Notes under the pieces: generated by a model
Told to the model about the DNA's origin: nothing
Seen by the model: only the letters and a program-made list of their open reading frames with translations
The model's database searches: none
Assembly (NCBI GenBank): GCA_051530055.1
Contig: CM121342.1
Coordinates: forward strand, 1,770,797-1,834,796
Source of the DNA: Neoechinorhynchus agilis
Taxonomy: Eukaryota; Animalia; Acanthocephala
Direction of reading: 5' to 3'
DNA: 64,000 nt
Part shown: positions 1 to 12,313 of the stretch, one piece after another
Layout of the letters: the number at the start of each line of letters is the position of its first letter
Numbering within the stretch: the first letter of the stretch is position 1
Translations under genes and position numbers: made by a program

Positions 1-1743
1 ACGGGGATGGAACATTCCATATGAATTCAACGATAGCGATTTCGATTACGCACTCAATTCTTTGCGCTTTTATTGCAACAATAACGAGTTTGATTGGCGA
101 GCTTTGAACTACATGATCGGTAAATCTAGTAGAACTGCCTACAATAATTATTTTCACTAAAAATTCCAACAAAAAAATATAATATTTTCAAATTTAAATT
201 TAATGCCCTTAAATGAACGTTTTAGGCGAAATAACATACGGGGGCCGAGTGACAGATTTTTGGGATCTGCGGTGTCTTCGAGCGACGCTAAGGCGAATCT
301 TTTCGAACAAAATTGCTTCGAACGAATATTTGTTCTCAAAATCAGGTACTTTATGAAGAACCCAAAACGTGCAGCAATATTATTTTTTTAGGAATTTACC
401 ATGTGGCCAAGTGTATAGATCAACTTACTACCAAAACTTATATTAACCAATTACCTGCTAATGACAGCAGTGACATTTTTGGTCTTCATCCAATCACCGA
501 TGAGCTTGTGCAAGTAAGCAATCGCGTTAATATAATTAACTGAAATTTTTTCTAGAAAATGGAAGGAATCGAATTTACTGAATCATTGCGTTTGTGCTTC
601 AGGCAGTCAGTTAGATCAACGAAGATTCGATCTACAGATGTGAACATTCTTGATCTCTGCAAGTGGATTTTAATAATGTTGCCTATAAATGATTTGAATC
701 TGGACTCAGCACCCCAATGGATGTTTGAGGTTTTAATGCAGAATTATACCATCTTTAAAGCACATTTCACTTTAGAAAGATAAAGAAGGGCAAATAAATT
801 CATTATCGACATTGCTCGAACACGAAATTTTTCGTTATAATAAACTTGTCGAATTTCTTCGGGTACTTTAAGCAGTTTTCTTGAAAATTTAAATTTTCAC
901 TTTCCGATTACAGGAATCAACAACGAACATAATGAGTGCAATTAATGGTCTTGTCGTAATGGATGAACAAACGAATCTTGACTACAACCGATTTTTAGTC
1001 AATAAACTTCCTGATTCGTGGAATAAAATCTCGTATCCCACCACAAATTCTCTTCGTGCCTACATAACGAACTTAAAAGCGAGACTTTCCTTTATGGAAG
1101 CGTGGATATCCCAGGGAAACCCAAAATCTTTTTGGCTGCCTGGACTTTACTTTACACAAGGATTCCTCACTGCAGTTCTTCAAATCCACGCGCGTCAAAA
1201 CATGCTTCCAATCGATCAATTAAAATTTAAGTTTAATTTTACCAATATTTACATCGATCAACAAGAGTATGTAGAAGCGATTATGGAAGCCTTGGACGAA
1301 GAAACAAAGTTTGATATGATTGTAAGTCGTATTTTTAGTTATTTTTAATTCTTGAACTTTTCATATTAAGCTACCCAATATAACTTCTGGAATTCTTATC
1401 CATGGATTGTACTCAGACTGTTTCCAATTTTCTCAGGAAACATTAAAGATGAGTGAACCCCAAGGCACATCATTGACCCACAAGCTTCCGGTTATACACT
1501 TGGAGCCAGTTTCACTTCTAACTAACGACCCAATCAAGATGTACTCGTGCCCGCTTTACCGAACTTCTGTAAGGTCGGGAATTTTATCAACGACCGGTAG
1601 GTTTTTAGCTTTTATTATTGATTATAAAGTTTTAAATAGGTCATTCAACAAATTATGTCATGACGGTTGATATCCCAACGGATAAAGATGACGATTTTTG
1701 GACTGAAATGGGTTGCGCGATTTTATGCCATCCATCGGAATAA
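1..1743 (+). CDS. DNAH6: Axonemal dynein heavy chain, C-terminal exons (DNAH6-like); gene begins left of the window
   Basis: Short GT-AG introns join GWNIPYEFNDSD, KDKEGQINSLSTLL, SFWLPGLYFTQGFLTAVLQIHARQ, GILIHGLYSD, YSCPLYRTSVRSGILSTTG|HSTNYV and FWTEMGCAILCHPSE*(TAA 1741-1743). These match the DNAH6-type C-terminus. Confidence 0.85.
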
Positions 1744-2139
1744 ATATTTGGATTTGAGAGATATCTATGGCTAGCCCTTTCTTATGTACATTTAAAATCA
1801 AACCATTATCAAAGTGGTGATGCTCATTTAAAGCGTTCATTATCTACAAAGTACGCATAGACCTCGATTTTTTTACTTTGTTTCATTGTAAACGTGCCAA
1901 CGTCCAATGTAATTATCCAAGAAAAAATTTTACCGGATATTTTTTTATTTCATGCATGATTCGTCAATAATGAAACTGGGCTGAGATCTCCCTCTTTAAT
2001 TTTCCATCGAATCAATATATTCTTAGTTTCCGTAAAGTTCTCACTTGCATTTAAAGCGCCCTTTTGAATCAGTATAATTTTAAATACTAATTCTAGATTC
2101 AAGGAGAAGCAACTTAATTACTTTTATATGGACTAATAA

Positions 2140-2790
2140 TGTTTCTTTGAGTTTCTGAGGGGAACGTTTTGTCTTGACCAAGACTTTGTGGTGGCAGTTG
2201 AAGAATGGTGCCTGCAGACAGGCGCTAACCATGTTCCCGTGAATGACCTCAGACAGTCGAACTGGGACAGACCTCTCGTCGCGCGAGCTCGCAGTTCTCT
2301 ACTTTCAGGTTCTCGCGATGGGGTCGTCCGAGCTAGATTGTTGGCAGTTTCGACACGAGAATCGAAATCGTTGTTGGAGGCTGTTCCTCTGGCATCTGTG
2401 GGAGCTCTTCTTACTGATGAGGTAACGATGATCGCAGCCCTTAAGACTTGGTCTCCCGATATGCATGCCCCATCGCTGTCGATGTGGGTCTTTGGTTGTT
2501 GCTTTCGGGCGATACGGTCTCGAAGGTTCTCACGCCATTCTGAGATCAATAGCGTCATTTCCCGGGCGTTGAGAACTGCGAACCTCCCCAACATGTTGGC
2601 AGCTCGGCACTCACTCTGCTCCAAGATCTCTAGAAGAGATTGAGAAAAACGACCGGCGACGCACGAGCAGGTGTATTCCTGCGACAAAATATCTCGCTCG
2701 CGGTACAACGAGGCAATGCTGCTAGCGTGATAGCAGCAGCCGAGGAAGGAGAGAAGCTCCAATTTTGCGGACGGTGGTGATTGCACGTTT
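2140..2790 (+). mobile_element. CRE-clade non-LTR retrotransposon 3' fragment, frameshifted and internally deleted
   Basis: Plus-strand frames give WDRPLV...RARLLAVS...LEAVPLASVG, LRLGLPICMPHRCRCG, SRHSEINSVISRAL and FLRQNISLAVQRGNAASV. The endonuclease core expected between RAL and the C-terminal helix is missing. Confidence 0.85.
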
Positions 2791-3389
2791 TGTGCTTTAT
2801 CATGTTCTACAATTAGAAGTTCTTTTTTTTTAATTTTTATTTTAGTGCTCGCAAGAAGGTCTACTCGTAATTTTGCTTCATATGCCTGAACAATATATCG
2901 ATTAATTGTAATTAAAAATGAGCTTGTATTTCCGTTAACGCAAATCTTGCCTTGTCACCTTCTTTAATCACTGATGTAATCTAAAATTCCTTTGCAACTT
3001 ACTTTTCTCAGTTATCATAGAATTGTCTTGTTTGCAGATTGAACTAGTCACGCTCGAAGAGCAAAGCTTATCAACAACATTTCCGCTGTTCGAATTTCCA
3101 AGAGTAAAGCTAAACGAATATAGTTTTTAATTTTAAGATTGCAGCAAGTTTTCACTTGCAAACATAAATACAAAGTCCATCGCTCCAGCGTCGCATTAAG
3201 GTTCCATGAATTATTTGAAGATTTTAAACATTTGTTTATGTAATAGGGAAGCGTAATCTATACACAAAAGTTGTACAAATTGCTCAGATTCAAATACTTA
3301 ACCGAATATTATACAGTTGGTTTTTGCTTCATATATAGCGACGATAAACTACGTTTTGTTTAAAAACTTTGCACAAAAACGATTGACTT

Positions 3390-3875
3390 TCAACGAAGAA
3401 CCACATTTTTAACTTTCTCTACAACTTTGAAACATTGATTATGGAAACTCTCTGCAAAAATTCGCAGAAGATTTGCACTGGTTGGTCTTCGAATATTCTC
3501 TATTACTTCGCTGTTAAACTGAATGGCAGCGAGAGACTCGTATTTTGAAATATTTGCCGTCAATTTTGATGTACTTGAAGCACGACATTTTACATGATCA
3601 TCCGCTTTTTGTCTTAGTTTCACGTGGTAGATTCTAACTGGAGTTATCAGCTTAATAGGAACACCCCGAACGGGGATCGGTTTGTGGATTTGGTGATCGA
3701 TGAGACTGAATTGGTCTTTCTTAGGTGGATGAGGATGAGCGAAAAATGTTGGCCTAGTGAAGCGATCTTGCATTTTTTGAATGCTTGCCTGATGAATAAT
3801 TGGGATGCATGTCATCGAGTATACATTTCCTTCATAGCAATGAGTCCGCTGAACAGTGGAAAGGTCCCGGCTCAT
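3390..3875 (-). CDS. Uncharacterised 161-aa single-exon protein, HPHPP/KPIPxRGVP family member A
   Basis: ATG-started ORF. Shares RPTFFAHPHPP...HQIHKPIPVRGVP with the ORF at 11825-12313. Confidence 0.6.
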   Translation of the reverse strand: MSRDLSTVQRTHCYEGNVYSMTCIPIIHQASIQKMQDRFTRPTFFAHPHPPKKDQFSLIDHQIHKPIPVRGVPIKLITPVRIYHVKLRQKADDHVKCRASSTSKLTANISKYESLAAIQFNSEVIENIRRPTSANLLRIFAESFHNQCFKVVEKVKNVVLR

Positions 3876-4140
3876 TTAACTAAAGATTATTGATAAAAGT
3901 ACTCAATCAACGAAAGTTGTAAAAATCTTCATACAAATCGAGCGTATCATTGAATAATTGTAAAACGAGCATCGTGCTAATTTTCATAAAGTAACCTTCT
4001 AAGCATAACTTAAATAAGGGTAGGAAACTGATGAATGCACTACTTTATAAAGGAACTTTTTTACTAAACCCCGCACGAAAGTGATCCTATATCAGCGTAT
4101 CCAGAAGATGATGGTTTTTAAAGACTAAATCCCTAATTGG

Positions 4141-4318
4141 AATTATTGTTTAGGACTACACCCGGTAAATGAATATTTATTAAAGACGTTTCGAACCTCG
4201 TCGGGTTCATCATCAGTTTGTTAGTTAGCAATAGACGCTATCGATGATGAACCTGACGAGGTTCGCAGAACGTTTTTTATGAATAATCATTTACCGGGTG
4301 TAGACCTAAAAAATAATT
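4141..4318. repeat. Inverted pair of ~76-bp Penelope pLTR-like units, each with a minimal hammerhead-like motif
   Basis: 4141-4216 is the reverse complement of about 4240-4318. The left arm on the minus strand reads CTGATGA-T-GAACC-cgacga-GGTTC-GAAACGTC; the right arm is degenerate. Confidence 0.75.
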
Positions 4319-4874
4319 CAAATCACATTCCCCGGTACCTCACATGTCGACATAAATCCATAATTTTACTTACATGGAAAAATAAGAATAGTAGAAAAGG
4401 AGAAGTTGCTTTGTCTTTGAATCGTAACAAATTTGTCAAAAATTGAAGTCAATAGTTATGTAGTGCACATTGACTGAAATGATTCAACCTGAGAAACAAG
4501 GTGAGCACGATGAAATCGCTATTAGTTGAATAATTTAATTAATCATCTCACCTATGCAAATTGAAGATTTTTCGGTTAATTAATTGATCAATAGAAGATA
4601 AAGACAAGAGGAATATTTCAAGAATTGTAAAAGGGAATACATGTCCTATTTTTCCAGAAAGGAAGATCTGAAATAAAGATGCAAGGAACCAAAAAACTTA
4701 CTGATTTGCCAGATATAATAACGTTACGAAATAATAGCTGCTGTTAAAATTTCCGTAATTGAAAGTCTCGAGAGTAGAACGTGTTAAAATGTGATTTCTT
4801 ATATTCGTATTTGATGCTCCCAACTGTGCATAACGTGATTTATATTTTCCCTCAGAAAATTAAGATACCAATGT

Positions 4875-7800
4875 TTACAAACGTTCATCAAGACATAACC
4901 TATGAATAAGCAGGGGGTGTGATGGTTTCTCCGAGAACTTCTGACATATTTCTATCAATTTGAATTTTCGGTATTGGTACCCAGACTTGCTTATGAAATT
5001 TCCTTGACCCTTTGAACCACCTATAGGATTCGAGCGCCTATGTTTGTGGTAAACATCAGCGATTAATTTGCTGAGAATCTTTGGTAGAGCCGCTTCATTA
5101 GCGAGTAATCCATCGATCGCGCCTATCGATAACCAATACTTGGACGCATCTTGTTCTTTACAATTGAGATTAATTAGAATGCCATTGTGGTGCCAAATTT
5201 CGACAACAATTGGAGTACATTGATGGATTGTGAGACCTGCAAATCTGTTCGAAGTTGTCACTTTTAGATCCTTGTCAACCCAAGAGACGGACACCAATGG
5301 TCGGCAAAGTAGTGGTTGAGAAGAACTTGTTTCAGGTGCGCTTTCCGATGAAAACAGAAGGCGTACGCTACAAAATGGATCCCTTTCATCGAGTAGTTCA
5401 ACACGAGGAATCGGAATTATCTCTCGTTCAACAGAACCGCGAGAATTGTCTTTTTGGTTAGATAACTGAAGAATGTGACGACTTGAATAATAAAAAAGAC
5501 ACCTAGACTTACTGGGCGAGTTTCATTGAGGATAAGACAGTCAGCTGTTGTCTTCTTGGACGTCCGGTCTAGGTAGTCAAGTGCATTAAGAAAGGAGTCG
5601 TCCATTTGGTTTGCAAACAGGTAAATCCTATCGTTATCCATTGCATGATTGGGACTTTCGTTCGTCCTTGATCGCTAATGAAAGCAGGAGGCATTTTAAA
5701 GATTTATTTAAGAACCTACCACTTTAAGAAGGGGGAATTTGCCCTGTACAGTGAAACAGTTACCTTGTGCCAACAATATCCTCATTATTCGCCTTTTATC
5801 GAAATCATTTTTCAGTGTCTTCCTTTGTGGTTTCTGATTAGAACAAAAATCATCGTTTGTGTTGAACTCGAGTTGAACGTCGGATATGTAGCGCTGACCA
5901 TTCCTCCAAGTAATATCATCCATGGATATCAAACGAACGTCTATGGTTTTATTCGATAAATCCTTAGAAAGTTGAAAGCTTAGAAGGGTTGGACAAGGTA
6001 TATTTGAAGGTGAACTTGGAGTGATTACAGCATGATGATCTGATTTGGGTTTTTGAGTGTATTTGATAGTCCATTCACAACACCCAAAAGGCGTCCGGCA
6101 CAAGACGGCAACTTCTGTTAATTCGTTTATGACCGATATACAATGTTGAGGATCACACATGAACGTAAAAGCATCTCTAAACGCAAGACAAAGATTGTCG
6201 TCAGCATCGATCATAGCATGACCTTCGAATAGACCAAAAGAAAGTAAAAGTTCAGCAGCCTTTTTCACGCGGATGGAAGCCGGCCCTCGTCCTTCACTGC
6301 TAATAGATACCATCGAGGAAGCAGTTGTAAGGGATGAGATCGAGTACGTGGATTTTAGAGCTTCGTTTTGGTACCCAGTTAGGCCCATGTCTACCATATG
6401 GATCAACGATGCCACGATTTCATCTCGAAGATTCGTTGGACTCTTAGTTTCACGCCAGAACTGTCCAATGTTCATATCAACGAGCCATCGGGTACAACAA
6501 TCGTATGCGTCTACGATTGCGGTATGCATATCTCGAACGTGACGATAACTCTCTTTTTCAAGTTGATGAACACAAAACTTGCATGACGCTTCAATGATCA
6601 GCATAAAGTATTCATGATTGTGAGTGAACGAAAATGCATTCAATACACTGAAGCACAGACTTGCGGATACGTAGTTATCGGCCAAATGAGTATTGAGTTT
6701 TGAAATAAGTATTCGAACTAATCGATCAGTCCACGCGAAGAAATCGAAGGAGCGTCCGGAAGATCGGTGCCGATAATGTCGAAACTGAACGCTGCTTTTC
6801 ACGATTAGATTAATCGACGCTATCGACGAGGTGGTAAAATTTAAAGCGATTGCAAACTCACCTGCAAGAGAATGAAAACTGACTAATTCCAAGTTTTCCG
6901 CTTGAATAACTGAGCAAATTAAAGCTCCAATATCACTTAATACCAATCGCCTGTTCACTTCGCCTCCTACTTTAAGCAAATGAAATTATTCTTATTGTAA
7001 AAAGACGAGAATACTCTAACCCAGCGTAAAGATCTTCGCAGACACGTTTTTAAGATGCCTAAGGACGAAACCAGTTGAGGTGCGAATGAACGAACAAATG
7101 GACTTAAGCACCACAGCTTCGTCATGTCCACTATTTAAATATTTCGAAATGGATCGTTTTTAATGAAAAACCTGCCTGCCTGACTTCCTCGATTCATTCA
7201 GGGAAGCCCATAACCGTCTTGTTGTGAGATTATTCGCACAATTCAAAGATAATACTAATACGGCCCACAGGAATTCAATTGGTAAATGAGTGCACAGGAT
7301 TTGAGAACAGTTCATAACCATAGTTGTCATTGATTGGACCTTTTCAATCGAAAATTAAGTTTATTTTATACAAAAGGCTTACCGGAGTGATTGCCGGCGT
7401 GCTGCAAGATCGATAGAACGCAGCTAAAACCAAAGCTAAACTTGTTTGATCAATATATTCATCGGGTTGTATTGAAGATACCATCTTGCCGAACGTATTA
7501 AGTGCCATTGATTGCCCATTTCCACTCTGAAAAAGTTATCAACTAAAAAAACAACCAACTAGATACCTACTATTGTCTGAACACAAGCTTTAAACAACCA
7601 TGGTTTGAATAATTTAAGAAGCATATAAATTGAGCATCGCGGTCGATTGTCTGCGACCATTAAAGTATCGACCATATCGCAAATGTGTTTTATAACAACA
7701 TCAAATGTTCCACAACGAAACGCTCCACATGCAATCAAACCAGACGGATCATCGATTAGTTTAAGAAATAAAAACCATGCTTTACTAAGTCGTTCCGGAT

Positions 7801-8972
7801 CATTTATGGAATGCGGAGCACCTCGTTTATGGTGAGTAAACTCACTCATTTGCCAGCACACGTTGTACATATCAACAGTTAGCGTAAGACAGACTTGACT
7901 CCATTGACAATAAACATAATCGTGAATGATCCACAATTTGAACAATTGCTTTAGTGTGAGCCAATGTTCTGAGGGTGGGAAGTATTTATCGCACGCGATT
8001 AGCCAAATTTTAAATACAGTAAAAATTAAGGATGTACCCAATGATTCAGCTAAATCATTCATTGAAGATAATGTATTGTCTGCCATTGAGAGAAGACACA
8101 GAAGGATTTCAAAGTACGCAGACCGATCTTCCACGAGGGCAGGACACGGCGATTGAATAATCGTTTCGATCAATTGAAGAATTTTTTTACAGTGAACAAT
8201 TTTCCAATTAATGACACTGATTAAATACGTGAAAAAGCAGTACGTTTAATTAGTGCCTAGTAAGGATTTTTCTTTGACCAACTTGAGACAGTGTAAAAGT
8301 CAGATTGGGCAAAAAAACTTGGCATAAGGGCCATAACATATCGTGATAGAACAATCGCGGATTATCTTTCAGTAAAATAGGCAAATTAGACGATCGCTTA
8401 CTTTCTCCCAAGTCCGTCGATCGATCCTCGTGTAAACTCGTGAAAGTCTATTTAAAAACCGATAAAGATTCGCTACAATTTCTGACTAAGCCTGTAAAGA
8501 ATTATTTGGAATAGCATAAAACCCTCAAAAGAATTAAATTTTACCTTCAAATAGACTTTCACAAGCGGAGAACGCTCAACCATTCACAACAGACTTCAAC
8601 TGCGCATTTCATTCGCTCTAATTCGCGATCCACGTCCTCATCAGTAGCTATATCATCATCGAAATCACCAAGAGTGAATTGAACACCAAATCGAAGGCAT
8701 TGGATAAACCAGCAAATGGTTGTTTGTTCAATGTTTACTATACTGTGATTTTCGAATTTATTTACCCGGTGGATCGGGGCTTTGGAAGAAGATTCACATT
8801 TTGTTTGAGGTAAGATGGAATGAGATGGTAATGTGGCAGTCTTTACAAATTCTATAATGTCCATTACACATTTGCGTGCAACCTTCTTCGGAATGTGATT
8901 CAAGGCGCTGTTCACTTCATCGCGATACTTTTTCATGGAGGGTATCAGTGAATCGCAATGATATCGCAACAT
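4875..8972 (-). CDS. RALGAPB: Ral GTPase-activating protein subunit beta-like, multi-exon
   Basis: N-terminal SALNHIPKKVARK, CWFIQCLRFG and AVEVCCEWLSVL; NPRLFYHDMLWPLCQVFLP; VFKIWLIACDKYFPPSEHW...WSQV; C-terminal GAIDGLL...YRKFKLIEICQKF. All are collinear with RALGAPB. The start Met at 8972 is inferred from that alignment. Confidence 0.8.
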
Positions 8973-11824
8973 TTCTGAAGTGGGAAGGGTGTTATTTTTA
9001 GACAAAATGTGGCTTTCTGAGTAGTAGAATCCTTCTTTGCTAAAAAAGACGAATGAAATTTGAGAATAAAAATAGATTCGTATACGCATGGAGCGATTGA
9101 TGTAGCAAGGAAAAATAGACACTCTCATCTTTTAATCCCATTCGCTTGAACTTTTTAAACCAATCTTTGTTCGATCGGAAATTCGGATGGCTTACAATGA
9201 TTTCTCTTTTCGTGTTTAATCACGGCGAAACCATCACTAATTGTTGCCAAAAAATTATTTTACCATAAAAAAACCAAGGAAAAGCCCTTAAAATAAGCAA
9301 GAACTTTTCATATATTAAGCGCAGCCTAAATTTTTAAGCCATTACTGAACATCATCGAGAGGAAATCCTTCGGGATGGTGACCATAATCCAATGCGAATA
9401 AAAAAATATTTCATTGAGAGATATTTCGAAAGAGGAAACTCCACCTCATTAATTTTCTAAAAAAATATTTTTGTTGTTTTGTAGACTCGAGTACGCGGGA
9501 TGGCTACGTCGCTGAATATTTTAATAAATTATGTTTTGTCCGGCATTGTGATTACCACAGCTCCGTATCTGAACATTTGAAATATATTCTATCCAATTGT
9601 TCCTTCAAGTGGATGCGTATTCTCAATGGCGAATCGTGTGAAACATCACCTCGGGAATCGACGGTCCCGTACACCCGAGTCAAGGCTACCAACTTAGGTA
9701 TCCCCACCACATCCATTTTTACATGCTTGAGAAGAAGGCTGAGGCCTTGAAAATTCGCAATGAAGAAACTCGAGTGTGTTACAATTCGCAAGTGAGAATT
9801 TTAAATATATCGCAATTTTTTTTACAAATGCAATATTATCGATCAAGGTTTAGAATAAATAAATTTTTGTGGTGAGAAATAGAGTTTAATTTATTAATTC
9901 CTACTTTTTAGGCCCGAAGAAATCCTACGAGACGGACGAAAAAAATATATCCATGAACAACTTCTTTAAAAGAATAAATAACCTAAACGTACTTTCTTGA
10001 GTCCCGGAACCAAAACATTGCGACGAAAAATAAGATCGATATTCAGAATACTGTAAATTGTAAAGATGTTATCACTTGGATTGTTTTTGATGAAGGCGAA
10101 ATAAAATTGAAAAATTATTTAATTTAATATTTTTCGTCTTCTACGCGTGGAACATCTTCAGAATCTCAATGTTAAGGCGCTCGGAACTTTAATTTGGGTT
10201 GGTAATTAGATTTGATATCGACGAATGGTTTCATTCGTCATTAAATTTGGTACCAGGCAACTTCTTATCCGGTTATGTCGACCAATACGAAAACCGAAAT
10301 TTTTAAATCCTTAAATTAATGTTCACATTTGTAAAATTGAAACTTTCTTCAAATAGCAATCTCCAACGATGATAATCAGTTAACCTGAGAAACCGACACG
10401 AAATAAAAGTCCATAAATGCGAAATTCGATTTCATCGCCGTAGAAAAGTGTTCATTAAAGTACTTAAGAATAAAAATGAAGAGCACTTCCTTTGAAAAGG
10501 CCGTTAAATCTGCATACTAACAAAGTAGTTCGTATTCTTCCCGAAGTAAACCTCATTATTTATACAAGCCTTTTGAACAATTAAACTTGATTATTTTAGT
10601 CGAATTGTTGGATGCAAATAACTCCAGCAGAGATCTGATTGAAAAGGTGAGCAAAATCCCAAGAAATATTGAATTATAAACTGATTAACAAGTCACTTTC
10701 TCCAAATTTTGAATTCAGTTTGTTGTTGAAGTGTTTAAAATCCGATCACTGCATTTCCTTCTAACATTTTGATCTTAAATTTTTTGAGCAAGTTACATCG
10801 AGAATTTGAGTCAGCGAAATTTCCATCTTGGTCTCTTTTAACCACAAGCACCTAATTTCAATGCGAAATCTTATAGGAAGAAAATTCGTTTTGGTTTTTG
10901 CTTAAAAGAAGTCGATATATGTATAGAAATGTTTATTTTCCAGGAACATTAAAAATTTATAAAAGTTCCCACAGGAATAACAAAACATCTTTATCTTCCT
11001 TGGGAATGCTGCATTCCCTTTGCTGAATCGCTAATTTTCTGATAAAAATTATTGGCTGCATTGCGACCAACCATTTTCAAAAACATTGGTTAAAAATTCT
11101 GCTTGGTCCGACAACAGCGAGGTTGAAAAATCTAGAGCGATACAGGTCGAGGCGCTACTTCAACAGGTTCTGAATTTTAATTTTTACTTTCAATCTCCAG
11201 TCAATCATTAGATAAATTTGGTAGAAATTACTCCGACGGTGCAGATTTTTCTAACAATACGGAAACCGCAATTCGTTGCTAATACGTGCGAAAATGCACA
11301 TCTTTTGAACGTTTGCGAAGAATTTTGTTTTGAACATTGATGAAAAAAGCGGAGATAAAACTTGTTAGCGAATTACTATTTGATATTTGCATCTTCGATG
11401 CCATGTTTTATTGAACATTATTTTCAGAAACGAAGATTCTACTGACTTTGAGCGTATAGACACCCGTCTCTTAAGAATCTCTCAGTGACAAATAATTTTC
11501 GACATTCAAATCAGTTTCCTCTTTAGCGAAAAGTTTATGCTCATTTATATTCAGGATTGAGTTCGTAAAAAAAGATACGAATTTCGTCGCTTCAATCGAC
11601 GACTATCTGAATGAAAAGCATCATTTAGTGACAATATTTCTGGAGAGCTTTCGAATGACCATTTCGTTGCAAAGGAGATAGTTTGTGGGGTTTTTTACTG
11701 TTTCAAAAAATTTTTTATTAAGGTTTCTTCTAAAATATACGAATAAAAAGAAGAATGATATGTCAAAAATGCACGTTGTTTTTTGAACATGCGATTTTTT
11801 TACAAGATGATAAGGTATTCGCGA

Positions 11825-12313
11825 TCAGAGAATACTTTTGAACCTTGATAGGATTCGTACGAAAACATCAACCAAACTTCCACCGAAAGTTCGACGTGAT
11901 TTCGAGCTTTCCCATGAGCTGATGTCGGCTAATCCATCATCATCATCGTCGTCGTCGTTGCTAACGACATCTTTTCGTCCATTACCCACGAACGAGATTG
12001 TTGATGGACTCGATTTATAAGCAGTGTGTAAAGGCAGATACTGATCTACAGAAGTTGAAACGATACATCCATTGTCTAATCTCCTTGATTCAGATAAGAC
12101 TTCAGGGACACCACGACGAGGAATGGGTTTGTAGATTACGTGACTTTGTTCGTTGTTATTTGTTGATGGAGGTGGATGAGGATGTACAAAATAAATTGGT
12201 TTCCTTTTACACCCACTCTTGTCTGTCCAAGTCTTAGAGAATTGAGGTAAAGAAGCAGTGGACGAATATTCGAGGTTCCGGGCATGTTCTAGTTTATTCC
12301 TCTTGAATAACAT
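11825..12313 (-). CDS. Uncharacterised ~162-aa single-exon protein, HPHPP/KPIPxRGVP family member B
   Basis: First ATG at 12313. Contains RKPIYFVHPHPP...HVIYKPIPRRGVP, shared with 3390-3875, plus a poly-Asp run. Confidence 0.6.
   Translation of the reverse strand: MLFKRNKLEHARNLEYSSTASLPQFSKTWTDKSGCKRKPIYFVHPHPPPSTNNNEQSHVIYKPIPRRGVPEVLSESRRLDNGCIVSTSVDQYLPLHTAYKSSPSTISFVGNGRKDVVSNDDDDDDDGLADISSWESSKSRRTFGGSLVDVFVRILSRFKSIL

Noticed and set aside
2133-2786. 217-aa minus-strand ORF
   Set aside because: Shadow of the plus-strand CRE fragment, which explains the sequence.
9552-9791. 79-aa minus ORF upstream of RALGAPB
   Set aside because: RALGAPB homology starts at about 8972. No recognisable motif; may be an exon but cannot be supported.
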